From contig CAXXUK010000001.1 of assembly GCA_963665125.2 (NCBI GenBank), positions 1,056,001 through 1,120,000 of the forward strand: a stretch of DNA of 64,000 bases, in the 5' to 3' direction. This DNA comes from an uncultured Desulfarculus sp. Lineage in GTDB: Bacteria > Desulfobacterota > Desulfarculia > Desulfarculales > Desulfarculaceae. Both the position numbers and the translations under genes were made by a program. Positions 1 to 9,563 of this stretch are shown here, in pieces; the first letter of the stretch is position 1; each line of letters begins with the position of its first letter. The notes below the pieces were generated by a model. It searched no databases. It was not told the DNA's origin and worked only from the letters and a program-made list of their open reading frames with translations.

Positions 1-2
1 TC

Positions 3-578
3 GAATGCAACCGCATCGCTCCATTCAAGGCCCGGGCCATGGACGTGGATGTGGCCCTGGACCTGATGATTCACGACCTGGACATAATCATCGCCTTCGT
101 GGGCGAGGAGCCAAGCGAAATCAGGGCCAAGGGCGTGCCAGTGCTGGGGCCTCACGCCGATCTGGTCAACGCCCGCTTGGAGTTTCCCGGCGGCTGCGTG
201 GCCAATGTGACGGCCTCGAGGCTGGCCCTCAAGGACGAACGGCGAATGCGCATCTTCCAGCCAGAGGCCTACGTGGCCCTGGACTTCAAGGAGCGCCAGG
301 TCCAGGTGGTCAGCGGCGTGCAATACGTGGCCGGTGAAGACCCCAAGGTCGATATGCAGTTGCATGATTTCGGGCCCAGCGATCCCCTGGCCCAGGAGAT
401 CGCCTCGTTTGTGGAATGCGTGCAAAAACGCCGTGCGCCGGTGGTTGACGGCAAGGCCGCCCGCAAGGCCTTGGCCTGCGCCCTTGCCGTTAAACAATGC
501 GTCGAAGACGGCCTCTGCGGCATGGAGCATGTTCTGGACGCCTCGCGCAAGTGGGTCGACGCCGAGATGCCGGAGTAG
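3..578 (+). CDS. Gfo/Idh/MocA oxidoreductase, C-terminal part (GnnA-like UDP-GlcNAc 3-dehydrogenase); 5' end outside window
   Basis: The frame is open from base 3: ECNRIAPFKARAMDVDVALDLMIHDLD...ANVTASR. It lies directly upstream of lpxB. Confidence 0.75.
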   Translation, partial: ECNRIAPFKARAMDVDVALDLMIHDLDIIIAFVGEEPSEIRAKGVPVLGPHADLVNARLEFPGGCVANVTASRLALKDERRMRIFQPEAYVALDFKERQVQVVSGVQYVAGEDPKVDMQLHDFGPSDPLAQEIASFVECVQKRRAPVVDGKAARKALACALAVKQCVEDGLCGMEHVLDASRKWVDAEMPE

Positions 579-585
579 TTGTTTG

Positions 586-1731
586 GTGGGTGCTGAACCT
601 CGATTGTTGCTGGTGGCCGGAGAGGCCAGTGGAGATATCCACGGCGCCTCCCTGGTGCGGGAACTGAAAAACCGCGCGCCCCGGGCCGTTTTCAGCGGCA
701 TCGGCGGCCCGGCAATGCGGCAGGCCGGGGTGGACATCCTCTACGACTATGAAGAGTTGGCCGTGATGGGCTTTTCCGATGTCCTTCCAAAGCTGGGGCA
801 TATCCTGTCGATCCTGCGCGGCCTGAAAAAACACATGCGTCAAACCAGGCCCGATGTGGTCGTCCTTATCGATTTTCCCGACTTCAATTTCCGGGTGGGC
901 AAGGCCGCCAAAAAACTGGGCCTCAAGGTGCTCTATTACATCAGCCCCCAGCTTTGGGCCTGGCGTCAGGGCAGGGCCAGGACCCTGGCCAAATTCAGCG
1001 ACGCCCTGGCCTGCGTTTTTCCGTTTGAAGAGGACTTTTATAAAAAGATCGCCCCGGATATGCCGGTGACGTTCGTGGGGCATCCTTTTCTGGACCGCCC
1101 CGCCGATCCCCAGGCTGACGAGCCTCTGCCTTTTAATGGCGAAGGTCCCGTGGTGGGGCTGCTGCCGGGCAGCCGCATGGCCGAAATCGAGCGCCTGTTG
1201 CCGCTGTTGCTGGACGCGGCGGGCATCATGCTCCAAAACAGGCCCGATATCCGCTTTGCCATGCCCGTGGCGCCTGGTTTGAGCCGGGAGAAATTGGCCA
1301 CGTTCATGGGCGGCGCCCCGGAAAATCTGCTTGTTTTGGATGGCCAGGCCGAACGGGTCATGCGCCAGGCCGATCTGCTGTTGATAACTTCGGGCACCGC
1401 CACATTGCAAGCCGCTCTGGCGGGAGCCCCCATGGTGGTGGTATACAAGACCGGGGGCTTCAACTACTGGCTGGCCAGTTCCCTGGTGAAAGTGGAACAC
1501 ATCGCCATGCCCAATTTGATCTATGAGGGCAGGTTGTTGCCGGAACTGGTCCAGGACGAAGCCACGCCCCAGTCCGTGGCCGCCGAAGGCCTGGATATAC
1601 TGGAGAACACCCAGCGCCGGGAGGCCATGATCCGGGGCTTGGACGAGGTGCGCCGCCGCCTGGGCGGGCCCGGAGCCAACGCCCGCACGGCCGGGCTGGT
1701 CATGCAACTTATGGAAGAGAGCCGCAATTGA
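586..1731 (+). CDS. lpxB: Lipid-A-disaccharide synthase
   Basis: Motifs VAGEASGDIHG, IDFPDFN, YYISPQLWAWR, FPFE, LLPGSR and SGTATL. The start is TTG583 or GTG586, after GGAG at 572-575. Confidence 0.95.
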   Translation: MGAEPRLLLVAGEASGDIHGASLVRELKNRAPRAVFSGIGGPAMRQAGVDILYDYEELAVMGFSDVLPKLGHILSILRGLKKHMRQTRPDVVVLIDFPDFNFRVGKAAKKLGLKVLYYISPQLWAWRQGRARTLAKFSDALACVFPFEEDFYKKIAPDMPVTFVGHPFLDRPADPQADEPLPFNGEGPVVGLLPGSRMAEIERLLPLLLDAAGIMLQNRPDIRFAMPVAPGLSREKLATFMGGAPENLLVLDGQAERVMRQADLLLITSGTATLQAALAGAPMVVVYKTGGFNYWLASSLVKVEHIAMPNLIYEGRLLPELVQDEATPQSVAAEGLDILENTQRREAMIRGLDEVRRRLGGPGANARTAGLVMQLMEESRN

Positions 1732-3521
1732 GCATGTTGACCGGAGCCAAAGGCGACGCGGCGCTATACAGCCGCTTGCTGCAAAAAGTTAAGCCCTATA
1801 AATGGCGTCTGGTGTTTTCCATGGTGCTGATGGCCGTGGCCGCCTCCACCCAGGGCGCCATGGCCTACATGGTCAAGGACGTGCTGGACGGAATCTTCGC
1901 CGAACGCAACATGTGGCTGTTGTACGCCGTGCCCGTGGCCATCATCATCCTCTACGCCGTCAAGGGCACGGCCACCTATGGCCAGACATACCTGATGTCG
2001 TATGTGGGCAACAGCATCGTCACCGAATTCCGGGTGGATCTCTATCACCAGCTTCAGCGCATGCCCCTGGGCTATTTCGACCGGGTGCCCACCGGCGAGT
2101 TAATGAGCCGCATCACCAACGACGTCAACATGATTCAGGGCGCGGTGAGCAGCGTGGTCACCGGCGTATTCAAGGATTTTTTCACAATTCTGGCCCTGGT
2201 GGGCGTGGTGGTTTACCGTGATCCGTTCCTGGCTGTTTTCGCCCTGGGTATTTTCCCGATATGCGTAATACCCCTTGTAAAGCTGGGCCGCAGGCTGCGC
2301 AAGATATCCACGCGTTCTCAGGAGACCATGGCCGACGTCAACGTGCTCTTGCACGAGACCATCGGCGGCGCCCGCATCGTCAAGGGCTTTTGCCGGGAAG
2401 AATTCGAGGCCCAGCGTTTCAGTGACGAGGCCCACAGGCTTTTCTGGTTAAAGATGAAGGACGTCAGCACCCGGGCCATCTCCAGCCCGCTCATGGAGTT
2501 CCTAGGCGGCTTGGCCATAGCCGGCATCATCTTTTACGGCGGCTACCAGGTGGTCAACGGCGAGTCCACGCCGGGAACCTTCTTCAGCTTTCTGACGGCC
2601 CTGATCATGCTCTACGAGCCGGTCAAGCGGCTTTCCAATATCAACAACGACATCCAGAACGGTTTGGCCGCCGCGGTGCGCGTCTACGCCATATTGGACG
2701 CCGAACCGGAGATCCAGGACAAGCCCGGCGCTGTTGAATTGCCACCTATACAACTGACAGTGGCCTTCAAGGATGTCCGCTTCGCCTATGACCTGGAAAA
2801 AGGCGACGTGCTAAAGGGTATCGACCTTGAAGTGCCCAAGGGCCAGGCCGTGGCCCTGGTGGGCACCAGCGGTGGCGGCAAGACCACCATGGTCAATCTG
2901 TTACCGCGCTTTTACGAGGTTTCAAGGGGCGCCATCCTCATCGACGGCATTGACATCCGCGACGTGACCATGCAGAGCCTGCGCAGGCAGATCAGCATCG
3001 TCACCCAACAGACGATTTTGTTCAACAATTCCGTGCGCTACAATATCTCCTACGGCAGGCCCGAGGCCACCGAGGACGAGATCAGGGCCGCCGCTGACGC
3101 GGCCTTCGCCACGGGCTTCATTGAAAAACTGCCCCAGGGCTTCGACACCATGATCGGAGAGTCCGGCGTGCTGCTAAGCGGCGGGGAGCGCCAGCGCCTG
3201 AGCATTGCCCGGGCCATCCTGGCCGATCGGCCCATCCTGATCCTGGACGAGGCCACCTCCAGCCTGGACACCGAGAGCGAACTGTACGTGCAAAAGGCCC
3301 TGGAAAACCTGATGCAGGGCCGAACCTCGTTTGTCATCGCCCACCGCCTGTCCACCGTGCGCCGGGCAGACCGCATCCTGGTCATGAGCGGCGGCAAGAT
3401 CGTGGAGCAGGGCAGGCACGAGGACCTGTTGAAAAACGGCGGTCTCTACACCAAGCTGCACAAGATGCAATTCACCGTCGACAGCGGCATGGAAGGCCTG
3501 GAGGCCGCCGACGATGCTTAG
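1728..3521 (+). CDS. msbA: Lipid A ABC exporter
   Basis: Transmembrane domain plus NBD (GTSGGGKT, LSGGERQR, ILDEATSSLD, AHRLST), in a lipid A context. Confidence 0.9.
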   Translation: MSMLTGAKGDAALYSRLLQKVKPYKWRLVFSMVLMAVAASTQGAMAYMVKDVLDGIFAERNMWLLYAVPVAIIILYAVKGTATYGQTYLMSYVGNSIVTEFRVDLYHQLQRMPLGYFDRVPTGELMSRITNDVNMIQGAVSSVVTGVFKDFFTILALVGVVVYRDPFLAVFALGIFPICVIPLVKLGRRLRKISTRSQETMADVNVLLHETIGGARIVKGFCREEFEAQRFSDEAHRLFWLKMKDVSTRAISSPLMEFLGGLAIAGIIFYGGYQVVNGESTPGTFFSFLTALIMLYEPVKRLSNINNDIQNGLAAAVRVYAILDAEPEIQDKPGAVELPPIQLTVAFKDVRFAYDLEKGDVLKGIDLEVPKGQAVALVGTSGGGKTTMVNLLPRFYEVSRGAILIDGIDIRDVTMQSLRRQISIVTQQTILFNNSVRYNISYGRPEATEDEIRAAADAAFATGFIEKLPQGFDTMIGESGVLLSGGERQRLSIARAILADRPILILDEATSSLDTESELYVQKALENLMQGRTSFVIAHRLSTVRRADRILVMSGGKIVEQGRHEDLLKNGGLYTKLHKMQFTVDSGMEGLEAADDA

Positions 3522-4125
3522 GACTTGGTCCCCGCGCATTGTCATAGTGCTGCTTTTGTCGGCGGCACTGGCCGCCATGTGGGCCTATGGCGATGACCGA
3601 ATGCTCCTTAGCGATATGGAATACTTCGGCTCTTTCGGCTTTGGCTTTGGCCTCAAGCATGCCGCGTATTGGCTGGGCCTGGGAGCCTTGCAGGCGGCGT
3701 TTGCCGGAGTGTTGATCCTGGCCGGCATGCTATGGGAGCATCTGCGCATAACCGCCACGGGCTGGGCCGCGCTCATAGCCGTGGCCGCATCGGGCCTGCT
3801 GGTTCAGGTGTTCAAGCACATCGTGGGCCGCCCCAGGCCCGGACAGAACATGGATGCCTGGCAATTGCAGGGCTTTACTTTTGAAAGCGACATGCACTCG
3901 TTTCCCTCGGGGCACGCGGCAACCAGCTTTGCCCTGGCGGCCGTATTGGCGGCGCGCTTTCCCCGCCTGGCCTGGCTGTTTTACGCCATGGCGGCCTTGA
4001 TAGGCCTGGGCCGGGTGATGGGCGGCTCCCATTTCGCCAGCGACGTCATCGCCGGGTGCATCCTGGGCCTGCTGTGCGGCTGGCTCATCGCCTGGCGTTT
4101 CAAGCTACGCGAGGACATAAGATGA
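3514..4125 (+). CDS. PAP2 family membrane phosphatase (LpxE/LpxF or undecaprenyl-PP phosphatase-like)
   Basis: Motifs KHIVGRPRP, SFPSGHA and GRVMGGSHFASDV. Confidence 0.85.
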   Translation: MLRTWSPRIVIVLLLSAALAAMWAYGDDRMLLSDMEYFGSFGFGFGLKHAAYWLGLGALQAAFAGVLILAGMLWEHLRITATGWAALIAVAASGLLVQVFKHIVGRPRPGQNMDAWQLQGFTFESDMHSFPSGHAATSFALAAVLAARFPRLAWLFYAMAALIGLGRVMGGSHFASDVIAGCILGLLCGWLIAWRFKLREDIR

Positions 4126-5876
4126 TCCGGGCCGCCAACGCATACTGGCCCGCTCTGGCGGCTGTGGTCCTGGTGGCCGCGGCTTTGATGTTTTTCGCCG
4201 ACCTGGGCGGCATGGCCCTGACCGACCGCGACGAGGGCGAATACGGCGCCGCCGTGAACGAGATGCGCCGTAGCGGCGACTACATCGTGCCCACCCTAAA
4301 CTGCAACCGCTATCTGGAAAAACCGATTCTGGCCTTTTGGGCCATTGCCGGGGCCGAGGCCGTGGCCGGGCGGGGCGAACTGGCCGCCCGCCTGCCGTCT
4401 GCCATAAGCGCCATGGCCGTGGTCCTGATGGTGGCGGCCATTGCCTGGTTCGCATCGGGCAGCGTGCCCCTGGCCGTGTGCTCGGCCGGGGCCTGCGCAT
4501 TTACGCCGCTCTATGTGCTGGTGGCCAGGGCTTGCCTGACCGACATGCTGCTGACCCTGTGGACGACAATGGCCGTTCTTGCCTTTTTCATGGCCACCGA
4601 AACGGCCAGACCCAAGGACGCCAAGTGGTGGCTCCTGGCCTGGGCCGGGCTGGGTTTGTCGTTTCTCACCAAGGGCCCGGTTGGCCCGGCGGTGGTATTG
4701 CCCACGGCCTTAATCTATGCCCTGGTCCAGCGTAACCTGTGGCTGACCATCAAGCGCGCCCGCATCCATTGGGGCCTGCTCATCGTGGTGATTATCAACC
4801 TGCCGTGGTACGGCCTGGTGTTCATGCGCCTGGGCTCCCAGTTTTGGCAGGATTTTTTCGTCTCCCAAAACATACGCCGTTTCAGCGAGGTGCTTTTGGG
4901 CCATGGCGGTGGTCTGGCCTACTACATCCCAGTGCTGCTGCTGGGGGCTTTTCCGTTTTTTATCATCGCGTTGCCCGCCATGGTCCGGGCCCTGACCAAA
5001 AATCCCCACCTGGTGCGGGCAGCCGATCCTCTGGCCCGGTTGCGGATGCTGTCGGCCATCGCCGTATTGGTGGTGTTCGTGGTGTTCAGCCTGGCCGCCA
5101 CCAAGCAGATAAACTACATCCTGCCGGCTTTGCCCTTTGCGGCCCCATTGGCCGGGTACAAGCTGTGGCGCATGGCCTCTGGCGAGATCCCCGGCAAATT
5201 CGCATCCCACGTATTCTGGGGCGGCCTTATCTTGTTCGCCGTGATCCTGGGCGTGGCCCTGGCGGCCATACCCGGCGGCCTTCCGGCGTTTTGGGACAAG
5301 ATCATGGACTCCATCCGCTTTGACAGCAGCGAATACGCCCTGCCGCTCAGGGCTCCGGTGTTGCTGTTGTGGCCCGCGCTGATTTTGACGTCTCTGGCGG
5401 CCATGGTCGCCGGGGCCAGGATCGTTTGGCTAAAGGGCAGAAAGAACTTCATGCCCTGCGCCTTGATGCTCGGGGCGGCATTGTGTTGCGCCGGGCTGTT
5501 TTTCGGCCTTTTGCCCCAAGTGGCCGACGAGATCAACGAACCGGCCAAGCGTCTGACAATCGCCGCCGTGCAAAAGGCCGGCGATGACAAAATAGTGTCT
5601 TACGGCCTTTGGAAGCCGTCCGTGATATATTACGCAGACCGGGTGGTTCCCCGCTTTCGGGTGGAGCAGGGCGACAAACTGGCCGAGTTGCTGGCCGGGC
5701 CCGAACCGGTATGGGTGACCAGCCGGGCCAGGTTGACCGACAAGCTGGCGCAATTGCCCGGCTTTGTGAAACTTGCCAGGGACAAGGGCTATTTGCTGGG
5801 CGGCAACCAGGCCGCCGCGGCGAAATGGCAAACGGGAAAGGAACAGGAGGCGCAAGGTGGGTCCAAAGACCCGTGA
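4122..5876 (+). CDS. ArnT/PMT-family (GT83) lipid A glycosyltransferase, copy 1
   Basis: DRDEGEY, YLEKP, TKGP, LPWY and many TM helices; ATG at 4122. Confidence 0.85.
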   Translation: MIRAANAYWPALAAVVLVAAALMFFADLGGMALTDRDEGEYGAAVNEMRRSGDYIVPTLNCNRYLEKPILAFWAIAGAEAVAGRGELAARLPSAISAMAVVLMVAAIAWFASGSVPLAVCSAGACAFTPLYVLVARACLTDMLLTLWTTMAVLAFFMATETARPKDAKWWLLAWAGLGLSFLTKGPVGPAVVLPTALIYALVQRNLWLTIKRARIHWGLLIVVIINLPWYGLVFMRLGSQFWQDFFVSQNIRRFSEVLLGHGGGLAYYIPVLLLGAFPFFIIALPAMVRALTKNPHLVRAADPLARLRMLSAIAVLVVFVVFSLAATKQINYILPALPFAAPLAGYKLWRMASGEIPGKFASHVFWGGLILFAVILGVALAAIPGGLPAFWDKIMDSIRFDSSEYALPLRAPVLLLWPALILTSLAAMVAGARIVWLKGRKNFMPCALMLGAALCCAGLFFGLLPQVADEINEPAKRLTIAAVQKAGDDKIVSYGLWKPSVIYYADRVVPRFRVEQGDKLAELLAGPEPVWVTSRARLTDKLAQLPGFVKLARDKGYLLGGNQAAAAKWQTGKEQEAQGGSKDP

Positions 5877-7572
5877 TCAAAAACTGCCGCTGTCTGACGC
5901 GCTGTACGCGGGCTTGCTGGTGCTGGTCTGCGCTGCGTTGTTTTTCGGCATGCTCAATATGCGCACCCTGTGGGAGACCGATGAGGCCCGTTACGCCGAG
6001 ATCGCCCGGGAAATGGTCGAGGCGCCGTCCTGGGAATGGTGGGTGGTTCCCCGCCTGAACTACGTAAAATACATGGAAAAACCGCCGCTGTCATACTGGA
6101 CCACAGCGATATTCTTCAAGGTTTTCGGCATAAACGACTACAGCGCCCGTCTGACGCCGGCCGTGTTCGGCACGCTTTCGCTGATGCTTGCGTTTTTGTT
6201 GGGCCGGGCCATGTGGACGGGCAGGGCGGGGTTCTTCACCGGCGTCTGCCTGGCCTGTTCGGTTATGTTCGCCCTGTTGTCGCGGATATTGCTGGTGGAT
6301 ATGGTCCTGTGCTTCGGCATAGTGCTGGCCATATACGGCCTGTGGGCCATAACCCAGGATAAAGGCTGGGGCATTTACGCATTCTGGACCGGTTGCGCCA
6401 TCGGTTTCCTGACCAAGGGCCTCTTGGGGCCCGGACTGGCGGGCATGGCCTCGGTGCTGTATCTGCTGATCAGTGGTCAGTACCGCACGCTGATTCGCCT
6501 TTTCAACTGGCGGGGCATTGTCCTGTTCGCCGTTTTGGTCCTGCCCTGGCTCATTTCCGCCGCGATCCTGGAAGACGGCTTTATCAAGTATTTCTTTTGG
6601 GACGAACAGTTCGGCAGGCTGGCCACCAACGCGCATCAGCGCCATGAACCGTTTTACTATTACTTCGGCATCGTACCCGCCGGATTCGCACCCTGGATAG
6701 TCTTGCTGCCGTGGGCCCTGTGGAAGACCTGGCCCGGCGGCGCGTGGCGTTCGCCGGAAAACCGGCCCTGGCTGCTGAGCGTGGTCTGGTTCGGCTCGTA
6801 TTTCATCTTCCTGACCCTGAGTCAATCCAAGATGCTGCACTATGCCTTGCCCATGATGCCGCCCCTGGCCCTGCTTACGGGCCGGGCCCTGGCAAGCCTG
6901 GGCGAAACAGGCTGGCCCGGCGAATCAGGATCTTTTTTGGCCTACAGCATCGACGTCCTGGCCGTATCTCTTTTGGTGGCCGGGGCGGCCCTGGTGGCGG
7001 CGCCGCAATTCATCCCTGACGTCAGCTACGACCACTTCGGCCTGCTGATCATAGCCGGGCCCGTGGCCCTGGGTTTGGCCGCGCTGTTGTGCCATCTGCT
7101 GCGGCACAGGGCCTGGGTTGCCGTGGCCGCGCCCCTGGCGGTGTTCGCCATGCTGGCCGGCATCTGGACCGCGGCGGCCGGAACCCTGGACCAGTACCGC
7201 TCGATGGAGCCATTGGTCGCGGCCGTTGAAAAAGAACTGAAACCGGATGACATCCTGGCCACCTATGGCGACTATTATCACGGCGCGGTGTTTTACGCCC
7301 AGCGCCGGGTCATGGTCATCGGCAACTGGGGTGAGCTTGAATACGGCAGGGCCAGGGACCCCCAGGCGGACAAGTGGTTTGTCAATGAGAGGCCTGATCC
7401 TGATAATCTGCTAAAGGTGATGTACCGCCCGGAGCGGATTTTTGTTATAACGGAGACGGATAAATTTAAGCGGGTAATGAATTCACCCCAGCGCAAAAAA
7501 AACGGTCCGCCCCTTTATAAATGGGCCCAAGCAGGGGACAAGACATTGTTCTGCAACCGTCCCAAACGCTGA
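5857..7572 (+). CDS. arnT: ArnT (L-Ara4N transferase)-like, copy 2
   Basis: ETDEARYAEIAREM, YMEKPPL, GFLTKG, HEPFYYY, SKMLHY and GELEYG; GTG5857 follows GGAGG. Confidence 0.85.
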   Translation: MGPKTRDQKLPLSDALYAGLLVLVCAALFFGMLNMRTLWETDEARYAEIAREMVEAPSWEWWVVPRLNYVKYMEKPPLSYWTTAIFFKVFGINDYSARLTPAVFGTLSLMLAFLLGRAMWTGRAGFFTGVCLACSVMFALLSRILLVDMVLCFGIVLAIYGLWAITQDKGWGIYAFWTGCAIGFLTKGLLGPGLAGMASVLYLLISGQYRTLIRLFNWRGIVLFAVLVLPWLISAAILEDGFIKYFFWDEQFGRLATNAHQRHEPFYYYFGIVPAGFAPWIVLLPWALWKTWPGGAWRSPENRPWLLSVVWFGSYFIFLTLSQSKMLHYALPMMPPLALLTGRALASLGETGWPGESGSFLAYSIDVLAVSLLVAGAALVAAPQFIPDVSYDHFGLLIIAGPVALGLAALLCHLLRHRAWVAVAAPLAVFAMLAGIWTAAAGTLDQYRSMEPLVAAVEKELKPDDILATYGDYYHGAVFYAQRRVMVIGNWGELEYGRARDPQADKWFVNERPDPDNLLKVMYRPERIFVITETDKFKRVMNSPQRKKNGPPLYKWAQAGDKTLFCNRPKR

Positions 7573-7661
7573 ACCGGCATGCGGTGTTACGTGATTTTGC
7601 GTAACAGCTCAACCTTTGGTGTCGCAGCTTGCATTGTGGGCATACCAGCTTGGAGTTGTTG

Positions 7662-8606
7662 ATGGAACACGCTTCCGAGGCGTCCAGCCCAAACATATCG
7701 GTGGTTATTCCCGTGTTCAATGAACAGGAGAACCTGGTCGAGCTTCAGGCCCGGCTGGAGCTGACCCTGGATAAGGCGGGCTATGATTGGGAAGTCATAT
7801 ACGTGGACGACGGTTCCAAGGACCAGTCCTGGAACATGCTCTGCTCATTCAGGGAAAACAACTCCAGGGTTCGCCTGGTGCGCTTTAACCGCAACTATGG
7901 CCAGCACATGGCCGTATTCGCCGGATTCGAGCGCGTGCGTGGCGAGATCATCGTCACCCTGGATGCCGACCTGCAAAATCCGCCCGAGGACATCCCCAAG
8001 TTGGTGGATAAAATCAATGACGGCTACGACGTGGTCGGCGGATGGCGCGAACACCGCCAGGATTCATGGCTGCGCAAGTTGCCCTCGCTGATCGTCAACC
8101 GGGTCACCAGCAGGGTGGTGGGCGTGGACCTCAAGGACTACGGCTGCATGCTCAGGGCCTACACCCGCCAGGTAATCGAGGCCATGAACTCCTGCGAGGA
8201 GACCAGCAGCTTTATCCCGGCCCTGGCCAACACCTTTGCCAGCAACGTGGCAGAAATTCCGGTGGGGCATGCCGAACGTTCGGGCGGCCAGTCGAAATAC
8301 AGCGTGGTCAAACTCATTCGTCTGCATTTTGACTTGGCCACGGGCTTTTCCGTGCTGCCGATCCAGTTCGTCAGCGTCATGGGCCTGCTAATCGCTCTGG
8401 TGGGCATGGGTTTCGGCGCGTTTCTGTTGATCCGGCGTATCTTCGTGGGGCCGGAACTGGAAGGCGCCTTCACCCTGTTCGCCATTCTGTTTACCTTTGT
8501 CGGGTTGCAGATCTTCTGCGTGGGGCTCATCGGCGAATACGTGGGCCGCATCTACCGCGAAGTGCGCCACCGGCCCAGGTTCCTGATCCGCGAAACGCGA
8601 GGCTAG
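7662..8606 (+). CDS. arnC: Undecaprenyl-phosphate L-Ara4FN transferase (GT2)
   Basis: VVIPVFNE, VDDGSKD, RNYGQH, DADLQNPP, DYGCMLRAY, two C-terminal TMs and GEYVGRIY. Confidence 0.85.
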   Translation: MEHASEASSPNISVVIPVFNEQENLVELQARLELTLDKAGYDWEVIYVDDGSKDQSWNMLCSFRENNSRVRLVRFNRNYGQHMAVFAGFERVRGEIIVTLDADLQNPPEDIPKLVDKINDGYDVVGGWREHRQDSWLRKLPSLIVNRVTSRVVGVDLKDYGCMLRAYTRQVIEAMNSCEETSSFIPALANTFASNVAEIPVGHAERSGGQSKYSVVKLIRLHFDLATGFSVLPIQFVSVMGLLIALVGMGFGAFLLIRRIFVGPELEGAFTLFAILFTFVGLQIFCVGLIGEYVGRIYREVRHRPRFLIRETRG

Positions 8607-8609
8607 GTT

Positions 8610-9563
8610 TTGCAAGCGGGACAACACGAAAACCCGCCCGGAGAAACCAGTATTGTCCTGAAGGTGGATGTGGACACCAAGGTCGGGCTGATCGACGGCG
8701 TGCCCCGGCTGATGGACATAATGCTGAGGCTGGGGGTGCGGGCTTCCTATTTCATCGCCATGGGGCCGGACAATTCAGGCCGGGCCCTGCGCCGGGTTTT
8801 CCGGCCCGGTTTCCTGGGCAAACAGCTCAAATCCGGGGCCGCCGGGGCCTACGGTCCGGTGACCATGCTCTACGGCTTGGCCCTGCCCGGACCGATCATC
8901 TCCAAGACAGCGCCGGGCCTGTTCAATGAACTGGCAGCCAGTGGCCATGAAGTGGGCCTGCACGGCTGGGATCATGTGTTCTGGCACGACCGGGTGCGCT
9001 ATTTGAAGCGGAACAGGGTGCGCTCCCACCTGGGCCAGGCCTGGCGGCTGTTCCGGGAAATCACCGGCCGCCCTCCGGTGACCTGGGCCTCGCCGGGTTG
9101 GCAGGTGTCCGCCGAGGCCCTGCTGGCCTTCGAGGAAATGGGCCTTACCCATATCTCCTGCGGACGGGGCGTGTCGCCGTTTAGGCCCGTTGTCCGGGGC
9201 CGCGCTCTGCCCATGGTCGAGATCCCCACCACAATGCCCACCTTTGACGAGGTCCTGGGCCGCGACGGGGTCGACGCATCCAACGTGGGGCAATGGATGG
9301 CCGATCAGGTCCTACCGGGCCGCCTCAATGTCTTCACCATGCACGGCGAGGTGGAGGGCAGGGCCCTTGCCCCGGCCTTTGAGCGGATGGTCCGGCTGCT
9401 TATTGATCGCGGCGTGGGTTTCGAGACGCTCTGCGACGCCGCCCTGAAGGCCGCAACCCAGCCGGACCTGCCTTGCGAACGGATTGTCTGGGCCGATGTG
9501 CCCCACCGGGCCTATCAGGTTTCGGCTCAGGAATCGGTCTACCCCGGTGGGGAGCCGGTCTGA
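8610..9563 (+). CDS. arnD: Undecaprenyl-phospho-L-Ara4FN deformylase (polysaccharide deacetylase fold)
   Basis: KVDVDT..GVPRL, GPDNSGRAL, LYG..LPGP, HEVGLHGWDH and HGEVEG. Confidence 0.85.
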   Translation: MQAGQHENPPGETSIVLKVDVDTKVGLIDGVPRLMDIMLRLGVRASYFIAMGPDNSGRALRRVFRPGFLGKQLKSGAAGAYGPVTMLYGLALPGPIISKTAPGLFNELAASGHEVGLHGWDHVFWHDRVRYLKRNRVRSHLGQAWRLFREITGRPPVTWASPGWQVSAEALLAFEEMGLTHISCGRGVSPFRPVVRGRALPMVEIPTTMPTFDEVLGRDGVDASNVGQWMADQVLPGRLNVFTMHGEVEGRALAPAFERMVRLLIDRGVGFETLCDAALKAATQPDLPCERIVWADVPHRAYQVSAQESVYPGGEPV

